Shown: piece by piece, positions 40,619 to 49,010 of the stretch | Position numbering within the stretch: the first letter of the stretch is position 1 | Layout: each line of letters opens with the position of its first letter | Assembly: GCA_041664165.1 (NCBI GenBank) | Contig: JBAYLH010000003.1 | Location: 3,247 to 67,246, forward strand | Direction of reading: 5' to 3' | DNA length: 64,000 nucleotides | Origin: Candidatus Buchananbacteria bacterium | Lineage (GTDB): Bacteria > Patescibacteriota > Patescibacteriia > Buchananbacterales > UBA6539 | Program-made: the position numbers and the translations under genes | Notes under the pieces: generated by a model | The model's input: the letters and a program-made list of their open reading frames with translations, nothing else | The model's database searches: none | Told to the model about the DNA's origin: nothing

Positions 40619-41623
40619 TTAGGGTGCGGCAGGAGCACTGGTTGCCGGAGGGGCAACCGGGGGTTTAGGAGCAGGAGCTGGCGCAGGAGCCGGCTTGTTA
40701 ATCAACCCCTTTACCAGAGTCGGGTCGATTCCGGCGACACCCATATCCGCCGCTGAATTTTCCAGGCTCTTTTTGATTGCCTGGTATAACGGCGAGTCGG
40801 GGCCAGCCTGAATGGCATGAATTGCCATCCTATCCCAGGAAATATCCTTGGGAATACCAATGGCCGGTTGTCCCTTTGGGGTGCCGTTTACCACAACCGG
40901 AACCACGGTATCGGCTTGAGTGGTAGCGATTGCCGAACCACCTGTCGCCGGCGCAGGTGCCGAAGTGGCGGAACTGATCGGATTTTCCGATTCTTCCGCC
41001 AGCTTTCCCTTCGGAGACAGAATCTCCCATGCCCAGAATATCCCTAAAACAATAACCAGGGATACCAAGAGTACTACCGCGGCTCTTACCAAGCTACCCC
41101 GAATACGTTGTTCACGATTCGGCGTAGTAGGCGTAGTGGGCGCAGGAGTCGGTTCAGGCTGGACGTCGTCAAACCATAACGGCACACTGCCTCCATCACT
41201 AAACGGGTCGACCACTGGAGGTTCTGTTCCAGGGGTTGCGGCCGACGCACGCGCAGGAGTGGGAGCCGGTTCAAAAACCGGTTCCTCAAGAAGAGCAGAC
41301 AGATCCTGATCCTCATTTACTCCGCCACCGTCGCCGAAAGACTCAAGCGGCGGCAAACCATCAGGACCATCTACGGGTTTCGGGTTGGGCGAGAATTGAT
41401 TGATCAACTCGACCAGGGCGTTTCCATCGACTTGAATGGATCCGCTTTGCAGCTGCGCCAAGGCAAGATCAAAAAACTCTTTCCGAGGTAAAACATCTTC
41501 GTACCGCAGCCACGAAAGGCCAAGGTTGCGAAGATTTTCTTCGAGATTGGCGTCATTTAGGACGCCAATTAGGCCGGCGGCATCTAAAACAGCAGTCGCC
41601 TGTCTGATTTCCTGAAGAGTCAT
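40619..41623 (-). CDS. Pro/Ala-rich single-pass membrane protein, hypothetical (GC-rich operon, gene 3)
   Basis: 334 aa. The N-terminal cytoplasmic region is Pro-rich with acidic patches. A TM helix at ~175-195 is followed by a C-terminal (PA)n tract. The gene overlaps the upstream gene by 4 nt (ATGA). Confidence 0.45.
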   Translation of the reverse strand: MTLQEIRQATAVLDAAGLIGVLNDANLEENLRNLGLSWLRYEDVLPRKEFFDLALAQLQSGSIQVDGNALVELINQFSPNPKPVDGPDGLPPLESFGDGGGVNEDQDLSALLEEPVFEPAPTPARASAATPGTEPPVVDPFSDGGSVPLWFDDVQPEPTPAPTTPTTPNREQRIRGSLVRAAVVLLVSLVIVLGIFWAWEILSPKGKLAEESENPISSATSAPAPATGGSAIATTQADTVVPVVVNGTPKGQPAIGIPKDISWDRMAIHAIQAGPDSPLYQAIKKSLENSAADMGVAGIDPTLVKGLINKPAPAPAPAPKPPVAPPATSAPAAP

Positions 41624-42612
41624 GACTCTCCTCCTTCTCTAATCCGTCGGATTTTGACTTCCAGCGGACTACCGGTTAACAACTTGAACCGCAGTACTTC
41701 TCCCAGCAGGCTACCGGTAGAAAAATGCACCCGGGCACACCACTGGTTATCGGCTAATTGAACCGGGTTGAGTGGCCCAAATAATCCGTCACCCGATCTC
41801 ACCCGCAGCCGCTTCACGTCGTTTTCCGAATTCAATGGTCCGAATTCGAAAATTTCGTCTTTACAAACGACGACGTTGGTCGGCGTCCACCCTTGGGGGT
41901 CAGATCCAGCCATTGTGGCTAAAACCATCCCTTCTTTGGGTCGCGCCGCCTTGGATAGCGACAACAACGGTTTAACTGCGACAGCCAATTCCACTTTTAC
42001 TTCCTTTTGACTAGGAATTGGGCCAAGACAGCCATGCCAGACGTAGCCCAAAATCCAGCTGGCGCCGTCTGTCTTCAATTGCTGAACCGGCACCAGAGAC
42101 TCGGCCATACCGCCGGTTTTGAAGGCCAAACGGTAACAGGCCTTGACCGGACGACTTTGGTCCAAGACCTGATCGTCCATCGGTGCCCAGCCGCCTTCTT
42201 TGACCTGCATTAGCGGCGCTGGTGAGCGGACGATTATCCGTTCAGTCCAGTCCGTAACGCTAGCAAAGCCTTCGGCTAGCCGGTTGCTTGCCGCTGCGAT
42301 TTGCTCAATATCAATGAGCTGCTTCGTCATCGCCGCGGCGTTAGGATTTATGTTGTTTGGTCCAGGCAACTGAACCTGGAAATCCTTGACATTGATTGAT
42401 GCAACTACCGGCTTTACTTTTACTCCCCAAAATATCTTGCCGGGGACAAAAGTATTGGCCAGCAGCACTGCCAGGGGTATTACTACCAGCAGCACCCACT
42501 TCCAACGAGATTGCCAGAAGAGAGCCACTGCCAAAACCGCGACAGCCACGCTTGCTATTGGATAAAACATCCAGCTAAGCGCCGCTAACACCACCACCAG
42601 AAAAATTCTCAT
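41620..42612 (-). CDS. hypothetical membrane-anchored protein (GC-rich operon, gene 2)
   Basis: 330 aa, two N-terminal TM helices, then a soluble domain. No recognisable motifs. Confidence 0.4.
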   Translation of the reverse strand: MRIFLVVVLAALSWMFYPIASVAVAVLAVALFWQSRWKWVLLVVIPLAVLLANTFVPGKIFWGVKVKPVVASINVKDFQVQLPGPNNINPNAAAMTKQLIDIEQIAAASNRLAEGFASVTDWTERIIVRSPAPLMQVKEGGWAPMDDQVLDQSRPVKACYRLAFKTGGMAESLVPVQQLKTDGASWILGYVWHGCLGPIPSQKEVKVELAVAVKPLLSLSKAARPKEGMVLATMAGSDPQGWTPTNVVVCKDEIFEFGPLNSENDVKRLRVRSGDGLFGPLNPVQLADNQWCARVHFSTGSLLGEVLRFKLLTGSPLEVKIRRIREGGES

Positions 42613-42623
42613 CTTCCATTCTC

Positions 42624-43673
42624 CTACTTGGAGGCCTTAGCGGGCCTCTCCGGTTTGCTTTCTTCGGCTTCAGGTTTTTCTTTGGCCGGCTTTTCACCCC
42701 CACCGGTGAACCCACCAAACTTCAATGTCATTTCGGGAAAAGCCAGTCCACTGTGACCACTGCCAATCACGCCTTCTAGTGCCTTCATTATCGGGAAGGC
42801 GATGTTTGCCCAATGTTTATCAGGTAATCCGGTTACAGCCCGAATTTCCTTGATTGCCCTGGCCTGATGGACAGCAGCACGAGCACCAAACTCAGCTGCC
42901 TTGACGCTGGCCATGGCCGCCAGAACTTCCTTGAGAGGATAGATATTTTCGATCCGCACTTCCACTTTAAGACCGAAGTCTTTAAAGAAGTGCGTGCCAT
43001 TTACTAAGTCGGTCGCGGCCCGAGCCATCGCTAGGAGCTTAGCCGTTGGTAAATCGACCAATTCAGTATCCTCAAATCCCGCCGTCATATAATTAAGTAA
43101 GGCGGACATGAACTGCTCAACAATCCCTCTTACATCCTCCTTAATCGTGATTGCTGCTACGACCGGATTTTCCGTTGGCCAAACCGTTACCTGGCTATCA
43201 ACGACAACCGGGTTACTTCGGGTGTTAACCTGCCTTTGCAGCAGGTTAATATTAATCGGCCGGCAATCAAACAGCTTGACCGTTTCGAACAATAACCGGG
43301 GAAACCAGATTATTCGCCAACCGGATCTTTTGGCATAAAAGCCGGTCAGCGACTTTTCGTCAGCACCCCTAGTTCTCCGAACCACCCACGCAAAATTGGG
43401 CGGTATGTCTCGAATTTCGCACAGCGCGAGGATGATAAACCTCAAATACTTCTGATCACCCTCGACTATTTCTGAGCGCTCCCACCAGGGAACCTTCAGA
43501 AACTTCTGACTTATCACCCACCAGCCCGCCATGGCTGCCGAAATAATCACCAAGGTGAAAATCAAGGCAAATAACGGCGTCAGTGAGGCAATAAAAATAA
43601 ACACCACCAAACTGAGCAGCACCATTGCTGCCACCAACAACCATTCCCATCTGTTAAAATCCATGTCGCGCAC
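42624..43673 (-). CDS. SPFH/band-7 (stomatin/prohibitin-like) domain protein (GC-rich operon, gene 1)
   Basis: 349 aa. An N-terminal TM hairpin is followed by VVRRTRG...GW.I.FP.L....K.D.R......L, which fits the SPFH core. The C-terminus is a Lys/Glu/Pro-rich tail. Confidence 0.55.
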   Translation of the reverse strand: MRDMDFNRWEWLLVAAMVLLSLVVFIFIASLTPLFALIFTLVIISAAMAGWWVISQKFLKVPWWERSEIVEGDQKYLRFIILALCEIRDIPPNFAWVVRRTRGADEKSLTGFYAKRSGWRIIWFPRLLFETVKLFDCRPININLLQRQVNTRSNPVVVDSQVTVWPTENPVVAAITIKEDVRGIVEQFMSALLNYMTAGFEDTELVDLPTAKLLAMARAATDLVNGTHFFKDFGLKVEVRIENIYPLKEVLAAMASVKAAEFGARAAVHQARAIKEIRAVTGLPDKHWANIAFPIMKALEGVIGSGHSGLAFPEMTLKFGGFTGGGEKPAKEKPEAEESKPERPAKASK

Positions 43674-43873
43674 CTCCCGTATTTATTGAGGGAAAATACC
43701 CTCTTTACTCTTTTACTCTAATTTTCAAGGCTCATATTACTAGACCAGGAGGGTCTAATAACAACTCTATATAATAGCACATTTTACATTTTTTGTCAAA
43801 ACTAAACAAAAAACCCCTTTTAGCAGGGGTAAAATTTTACCTAAATTTAAATAAAATCCTATTAAAACTTGAT

Positions 43874-44269
43874 TTACTGCGACGTTGCAGAACTCCCCGG
43901 TTGAGTGGTAGCGCCGCTCGTACTATCCCCGCCAGCCACCGCATTGATGACAAAAGTGACCAAAGCGTAAGAAGTGAAAATCACCGCTAGACCGAAAGAA
44001 GCCCAAATAATTATATCTTTGCCTTTTTTGATTTTTTCGTCGTTACCCGAAGAAATCACCCACATAAAACCGCCCAAAATAAACGCCCCCAAAGCCAGGG
44101 AGCCGACAATGCCCAAAGCCGCTTTAATCACCCGGCCGACAATCACTCGCGGATCGTCTGTGCCCAAAGGATTATCCAGCTTGGTTTGGGCTAAGACCAC
44201 GCCGACATCAGCCAAAAATAAAAATAATAGCGAGGCGATTAAAATAAATTTTTTGGTCTTTTTTGGCAT
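43874..44269 (-). CDS. small secreted two-helix membrane protein (TrbC/VirB2-pilin-like architecture), hypothetical
   Basis: 131 aa. A long signal peptide, two hydrophobic helices separated by a KIKKGKD loop, and a Ser/Thr/Gly tail. Confidence 0.3.
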   Translation of the reverse strand: MPKKTKKFILIASLLFLFLADVGVVLAQTKLDNPLGTDDPRVIVGRVIKAALGIVGSLALGAFILGGFMWVISSGNDEKIKKGKDIIIWASFGLAVIFTSYALVTFVINAVAGGDSTSGATTQPGSSATSQ

Positions 44270-44347
44270 ATCACTAGTTTAAGTATAAATCAGGCGGCTT
44301 GAGGTGTCAAACCAGCCGAGCTGGGAATTATGTTAGGGATTAGGAAT

Positions 44348-45364
44348 TTAGGTTTTAGGTTTTAGTCTATGGATAATTAAACTTAGGCTGACAATAATTA
44401 TTCCCAAACTGACTAAAACCGGCAGCCGGACGCCAAAAATTTCCGGCGTTTGGTCAATTCGTAGAAATTCCATCGCCAGCCTGATTAAAGAATAGTTAAT
44501 TAAATAAACTAAGCTAACCAGCCCGCCAGCTTGCTGCTTTTTATAAAGCCAAAAAAACAAAACCAACAAAATCAAAAAATTGACCAAATCCAGCCCGGAT
44601 TCATACAAAAACGTCGGTTGAAAATACTGATAATTCAAATACCCGGCCGGCCGGTTGGCTAATTCAATGGGAATACCCCAGGGCAAAGCTGTCGGCTTAC
44701 CAAAAATTTCCTGGTTAAAATAATTGCCCCAGCGGCCGATCGCCTGCCCCAGCGGCAACGCCACGGCTAATAAATCCGCCCAAAGCCAAAAGCTATTTTT
44801 TTGCCCGCCGCCTACTCTTAAGCTTCCCCTCTCCCCCTTGGGGGAGAGGGTTAGGGTGAGGGGGTGAGGGGTGTTTAGCTTCAGGCATCTGAGGGTGAGG
44901 GGGTGGGTAGTGAGGGGGTGAGTATAAATAAGTAAAGTAATAATCCCGGCAATAATCGCCCCGTGAATCGCCAGCCCGCCATGCCAAACCGCGGGAATTT
45001 CCCAGGGGTTGCTAAAGTAATAAGGCCAGTCCAAAAAAATCGCATAAATCCGCGCGCCCAAAAAACTGAAAATAATCAGATAGAAAGCCAGGTTATAAAC
45101 CCCCCCACTTTCAATTAAAGGTTCCTGCAAACTTAATAATTTTTTATGCTCATCATCTTTTGTTTGTTTGGCCTGCCTGTTTTGAAAAAAAGTGGGGGGG
45201 TAAACTTCGTCGTCTTTAATTTCCCAGTATTTCGCTAATTGCAAAACCACAGCTAAACCGGCAACCACGCCGAAAACAACAAAAAGTCCATACCAATGAA
45301 TTTGGACAAATCCCAGCTGAAACAAAATCGGCTGCGGCATAAAGTTGTGCAAAAAGTTGATCAT
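44348..45364 (-). CDS. lgt: prolipoprotein diacylglyceryl transferase carrying an in-frame ~45-aa insertion encoded by a G-rich palindromic repeat
   Basis: 338 aa. The Lgt signature GRWGNYFNQEIFGKPTALPWG is present. The extra segment THPLTTHPLTLRCLKLNTPHPLTLTLSPKGERGSLRVGGG maps exactly onto repeat copy A (44826-44921). Confidence 0.8.
   Translation of the reverse strand: MINFLHNFMPQPILFQLGFVQIHWYGLFVVFGVVAGLAVVLQLAKYWEIKDDEVYPPTFFQNRQAKQTKDDEHKKLLSLQEPLIESGGVYNLAFYLIIFSFLGARIYAIFLDWPYYFSNPWEIPAVWHGGLAIHGAIIAGIITLLIYTHPLTTHPLTLRCLKLNTPHPLTLTLSPKGERGSLRVGGGQKNSFWLWADLLAVALPLGQAIGRWGNYFNQEIFGKPTALPWGIPIELANRPAGYLNYQYFQPTFLYESGLDLVNFLILLVLFFWLYKKQQAGGLVSLVYLINYSLIRLAMEFLRIDQTPEIFGVRLPVLVSLGIIIVSLSLIIHRLKPKT
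44826..44921. repeat. G-rich palindromic repeat, copy A (inside lgt)
   Basis: The copy contains the hairpin CTCTCCCCC-TT-GGGGGAGAG followed by tandem GGTTAGGGTGAGGGGGTG-like units with G3-G5 runs. Confidence 0.8.
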
Positions 45365-45392
45365 AGTTTTTCCCCTCTCCCTCTTTGCTAAT

Positions 45393-45436
45393 CTCCCCCT
45401 CTCCCCTTGGGGGAGAGGGTTGGGGTGAGGGGGTGC
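45393..45436. repeat. G-rich palindromic repeat, copy B
   Basis: CTCCCCCTCTCCCCTTGGGGGAGAGGGTTGGGGTGAGGGGGTG lies immediately upstream of the lgt start. Confidence 0.8.
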
Positions 45437-45465
45437 TTATTTTAAGACGATGAAGACTCTTAGTT

Positions 45466-45490
45466 TTCCCCTCCCCTCGGGGAGAGAGCC
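45466..45490. repeat. G-rich palindromic repeat, copy C (short)
   Basis: CCCCTCCCCTCGGGGAGAGAGCCCACGCTAATC contains the CTCCCC/GGGGAG hairpin. The ACGCTAA tail is shared with copy D. Confidence 0.7.
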
Positions 45491-45801
45491 CACGCTAATC
45501 TCATTCTACCATACAATTTTTGGATAAAAAAACAGGTTCAGCAAGCGCTGAACCCGATGAATAAATACACAACAAAGGACGGAAATTTACGCCGCCAGAC
45601 AACGTGGAAAGAAATGACGGCGACGCGGCACCTGGTTGCGACTGCGATCATCAGAACTTTCGCCGTTGCCAGGGCGATACCGGCAGCGGAAACGAACGCC
45701 CAACTTGCGGGCTGCCTGCTGAGCGGTTGCCAGCTCTTCGGGCGTGCGACAAACGCGAATAACCTCTACTCCATCCTACGAATAACTCACCTCCGTTACT
45801 C

Positions 45802-46374
45802 TCATACCTCTTTCTCCTTTTGGTTCGCCCATCTACCCACTATGCTACCTTCAGCGGCAAGTTCACCCTCGCTGCCATCCGGTTTGCAACGGTAAATCTT
45901 ACCGCTAGCGCGACAACCTTGACTACCACAATATTCAACATCAACTTTAACAAAAAGTCTGGTGCTAGGCAAAACAATTTGCCGACACTCCCCGGAATAT
46001 CTTAGTAGCTGCGGTAGTCGCCCATTGGCACCGTATGCAAACTTAACGGCTACCGCCTGGGCAATCACTTCCGCGAAGAGACACCCCGGCACGATCAGCT
46101 TACCTGGGAAATGACCCAGGCTGAAAACTCTGGCCAAAAAAGGATTAATCCCGACCAAAAATGTCGGGATAACCGCCACGGCCGTAACCTTTCTGAGTTG
46201 GGGATACGACTTGTTATACCCAGAGCAAAACCTGGCTTGCCGTAAAAACCGCCAAGGCCAGCCGTGCGGCAATAACCGATTGATCCCCCGCCGGTCAAGA
46301 GTAATCAGAGTATCTTCTAAGTCTTCCATAATCTTCCTCCTTTCGTTTCTCCATTTTTCTCCTCTGACTTTCAC
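45802..46374 (-). CDS. FabZ/FabA-family hotdog-fold (3R)-hydroxyacyl-ACP dehydratase-like protein
   Basis: 190 aa. LLPHGWPWRFL matches FabZ LPHRYPFLLVD. SLGHFPGKLIVPGCLFAEVIAQAVAV matches the FabZ GHFPxxPVMPGVLxxEAxAQ motif. The C-terminal DG.LAAEGSIV also fits. The gene lies in a GC-rich cassette flanked by repeat copies C and D. Confidence 0.55.
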   Translation of the reverse strand: MKVRGEKWRNERRKIMEDLEDTLITLDRRGINRLLPHGWPWRFLRQARFCSGYNKSYPQLRKVTAVAVIPTFLVGINPFLARVFSLGHFPGKLIVPGCLFAEVIAQAVAVKFAYGANGRLPQLLRYSGECRQIVLPSTRLFVKVDVEYCGSQGCRASGKIYRCKPDGSEGELAAEGSIVGRWANQKEKEV

Positions 46375-46433
46375 CGATGCTTTACCTTAAGCCAAAAACT
46401 GCCAATTGTCAAGGATATAATTTGCCATTTTCC

Positions 46434-46490
46434 CATCTCCCTTAGGGAGAGGGACTACGCTAAATTTCAGTGGGTGAGGGGGGGGGAGGA
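46434..46490. repeat. G-rich palindromic repeat, copy D
   Basis: CATCTCCCTTAGGGAGAGGGACTACGCTAAATTTCAGTGGGTGAGGGGGGGGGAGG. Confidence 0.7.
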
Positions 46491-46494
46491 CATC

Positions 46495-48888
46495 TTATCT
46501 GCTCTTGAGCCGCTTTTCTTCGGCTAATATATCTAAAGTCGTTTTGATTACGGTATCGGGATTGAGCGAAATACTATCAATTCCCTGCTTGACCAAAAAC
46601 CGGGCAAAGTCGGGAAAATCCGACGGCGCCTGGCCGCAAATGCCGATTTTGCAATTTTTCTTTTTGGCAATTTTGATTACTTGGCTGATTAATTTTTTCA
46701 CCGCTTCGTTTCGTTCATTATAAACATGGGCGACCAAAGCCGAATCGCGGTCAACGCCCAAAGTTAACTGAGTCAAATCGTTAGAACCGATGGAAAACCC
46801 GTCAAAAATTTCGGCAAACTCTTCGGCTAAAATCACGTTGGACGGAATTTCACACATGACATAAATCTCGAGATTGTCTTTACCCTGCTTCAAACCGTTT
46901 TTAGCCATGATGGCAATCACCTTTTTGCCTTCTTCAGCTGTCCGGCAAAACGGCACCATGATTTTGATATTTTTAAAGCCCATGACTTCGCGGGCTTTTA
47001 GCATGGCCTGGCATTCCAAAACGAAAGCCTTTTGGTAATTTTCCGAATAATAGCGCGAAGCGCCCCGCCAGCCGATCATCGGATTTGATTCAACCGGTTC
47101 AAATTCCTTGCCGCCGATTAAATTGGCATATTCGTTTGATTTGAAATCCGACAGCCGGACAATGACATCTTTGGGATAAAACGCCGCGGCAATCTGAGCC
47201 ACGCCTTCGGCCAGCTTATCAATAAAATACCCCGACTTGTCGTGATAGCCAAAAGTAATTTCGGCAATTTGTTTTTTGGCCTTTTTATCTTTTAACTTTT
47301 GAAAATTAAGCAGCGCTAAGGGATGGATTTTGATGTGTTCGTTAATGATAAATTCTTCCCTTGCCAAGCCGCAGCCGTCGTTAGGAATAAATGACGAGGC
47401 GAAAGCGACATCCGGCGAACCGACATTCATCATAATTTTAGTCTTCGGCCGCTTGATGCTTTTTAAATTAGTCTTTTTAATTTTAAACGGTAAGCTGCCG
47501 TCATAAACAAACCCGGTTTCACCTTCGGCGCAAGAAATCGTTAAGTGCCTGCCGGTCTTAATTTGTTTGGTGGCCGTTTCCGTCCCGACCACGCAAGGAA
47601 TGCCCAGCTCGCGGGAAACAATGGCGGCGTGGCAAGTCCGGCCGCCTTTATTGGTTACGATGCCGGCGGCAATTTTCATAATCGGTTCCCAGTCGGGGTC
47701 AGTCATGTCGGTGACCAATATTTCACCCGCTTTGAATTTTTTAATTTCCGAGGCACCGGAAATCACGTTGGCAACGCCAGAGGCAATTTTAGTACCCACG
47801 GGCGAACCGGTCGCAATTACCTTACCCCTTTTAACCAGCTGGTATTCTTCTAAAACTTTGACTTCTTTGTTGCCAAAAACGGTTTCGGGTCGGGCCTGGA
47901 GGATAAAAAGTTTTTTCGTCCGGCCGTCTTTAGCCCATTCAATATCCATCGGTTTGCCGTAATGCTTTTCAATTAAAATCCCCCACGCCGCCAGTTTCAA
48001 AATTTCTTTATCAGTTAAAACATACTTTTGCTGAGCCGTTTTGGTGGTTTTAATATTTTTCGTGGTTTTGCCATTTTCAACGGTATAAATCATCTTAATT
48101 TTTTTGCTGCCTAATTTTTTGGCAATAATCGGTTTAAAACCGTCAGCCAAAGTATCTTTAAAAATATAAAATTCATCAGTGTTGACCGTACCCTGGACGA
48201 TATTTTCGCCCAAGCCCCAAGAGCCGGAAATTAAAATAGTTTTTTCAAAACCAGTCTCGGTGTCAATGGTAAACATCACGCCGGACGAAGCTAAATCGGA
48301 CCGAACCATTTTTTGAACGCCGATTGACAGGCCGACTTTAAAATGATCAAAGCCTTTGTCAACTCGGTAAGAAATCGCCCGATTGGTAAAAAGCGAGGCT
48401 AAGCAATGGCGGCAAGCGTTGATTAAATCCGCTTCGCCACGGATATTCAAAAAACTTTCCTGTTGCCCGGCAAAAGACGCATCGGGCAAATCTTCGGCCG
48501 TGGCGGAAGACCGAACCGCGACGTCAACGCGGCGGCCGTATTGATGTTCCAGCTTCCGATAAGCGGCAGTTATCTGATTGCTTAAATCTTTGGGCAATTC
48601 CGCGTTTAAAATCAGCTCCCGAATCTGCCGGCCGCGGCTTTCCAGATTAACCATGTCTTTAGTGTTTAAATCCTGCAGCGCTTTTCGGATTTGCTTCATC
48701 AAGCCGGACTTTTTCAATAAATAAAAATAGGCTTGCGCGGTTACGGCAAAGCCATTAGGAATACTGACTCCCTGCGGAGCCAGCTTTTGGTACATTTCTC
48801 CCAGCGACGCATTTTTTCCGCCGACTTTGGGAATGTCTTTGATGGTCAATTCCTTAAACCACAAGATGAACTTTTTTTTGAATGGCAT
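46495..48888 (-). CDS. ppsA: phosphoenolpyruvate synthase (pyruvate, water dikinase)
   Basis: 797 aa. The N-terminus ...IKDIPKVGGKNASLGEMYQKL..GVSIPNGFAVTAQAYFYLL is the PEP-utilising-enzyme nucleotide-binding signature. The central phospho-His domain (GGRTCHAAIVSRELGIPCVVG) and a C-terminal TIM-barrel domain follow. Confidence 0.85.
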   Translation of the reverse strand: MPFKKKFILWFKELTIKDIPKVGGKNASLGEMYQKLAPQGVSIPNGFAVTAQAYFYLLKKSGLMKQIRKALQDLNTKDMVNLESRGRQIRELILNAELPKDLSNQITAAYRKLEHQYGRRVDVAVRSSATAEDLPDASFAGQQESFLNIRGEADLINACRHCLASLFTNRAISYRVDKGFDHFKVGLSIGVQKMVRSDLASSGVMFTIDTETGFEKTILISGSWGLGENIVQGTVNTDEFYIFKDTLADGFKPIIAKKLGSKKIKMIYTVENGKTTKNIKTTKTAQQKYVLTDKEILKLAAWGILIEKHYGKPMDIEWAKDGRTKKLFILQARPETVFGNKEVKVLEEYQLVKRGKVIATGSPVGTKIASGVANVISGASEIKKFKAGEILVTDMTDPDWEPIMKIAAGIVTNKGGRTCHAAIVSRELGIPCVVGTETATKQIKTGRHLTISCAEGETGFVYDGSLPFKIKKTNLKSIKRPKTKIMMNVGSPDVAFASSFIPNDGCGLAREEFIINEHIKIHPLALLNFQKLKDKKAKKQIAEITFGYHDKSGYFIDKLAEGVAQIAAAFYPKDVIVRLSDFKSNEYANLIGGKEFEPVESNPMIGWRGASRYYSENYQKAFVLECQAMLKAREVMGFKNIKIMVPFCRTAEEGKKVIAIMAKNGLKQGKDNLEIYVMCEIPSNVILAEEFAEIFDGFSIGSNDLTQLTLGVDRDSALVAHVYNERNEAVKKLISQVIKIAKKKNCKIGICGQAPSDFPDFARFLVKQGIDSISLNPDTVIKTTLDILAEEKRLKSR

Positions 48889-48911
48889 ACTTAGTAATTA
48901 GGAAGTTAGTC

Positions 48912-49010
48912 CCGCACCTATTTTACTGATTACCATTAAGCTTAAAAAATATTTTATTTAATAAAAAGTTTGATTTCAATTATAGATTGATTAATAAAAT
49001 AGGTGCGGGA
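48912..49010. promoter_or_regulatory. 19-bp perfect inverted repeat TAGTCCCGCACCTATTTTA ... TAAAATAGGTGCGGGACTA between pyk and ppsA
   Basis: The arms are at 48912-48930 and 48992-49010, separated by ~60 nt of AT-rich sequence. They share the core CACCTATTTT/AAAATAGGTG with the hairpin upstream of groES. Confidence 0.6.

Noticed and set aside
44793-44987. 64-aa minus-strand ORF inside lgt (translation of the G-rich repeat)
   Set aside because: It is an alternative frame of repeat copy A within the lgt gene. It is Pro- and His-rich low-complexity sequence.
45557-45895. 112-aa plus-strand ORF in the GC-rich cassette
   Set aside because: It overlaps the 3' end of the better-supported minus-strand FabZ-like gene. 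High-GC sequence generates long spurious ORFs, and it has no recognisable motifs.
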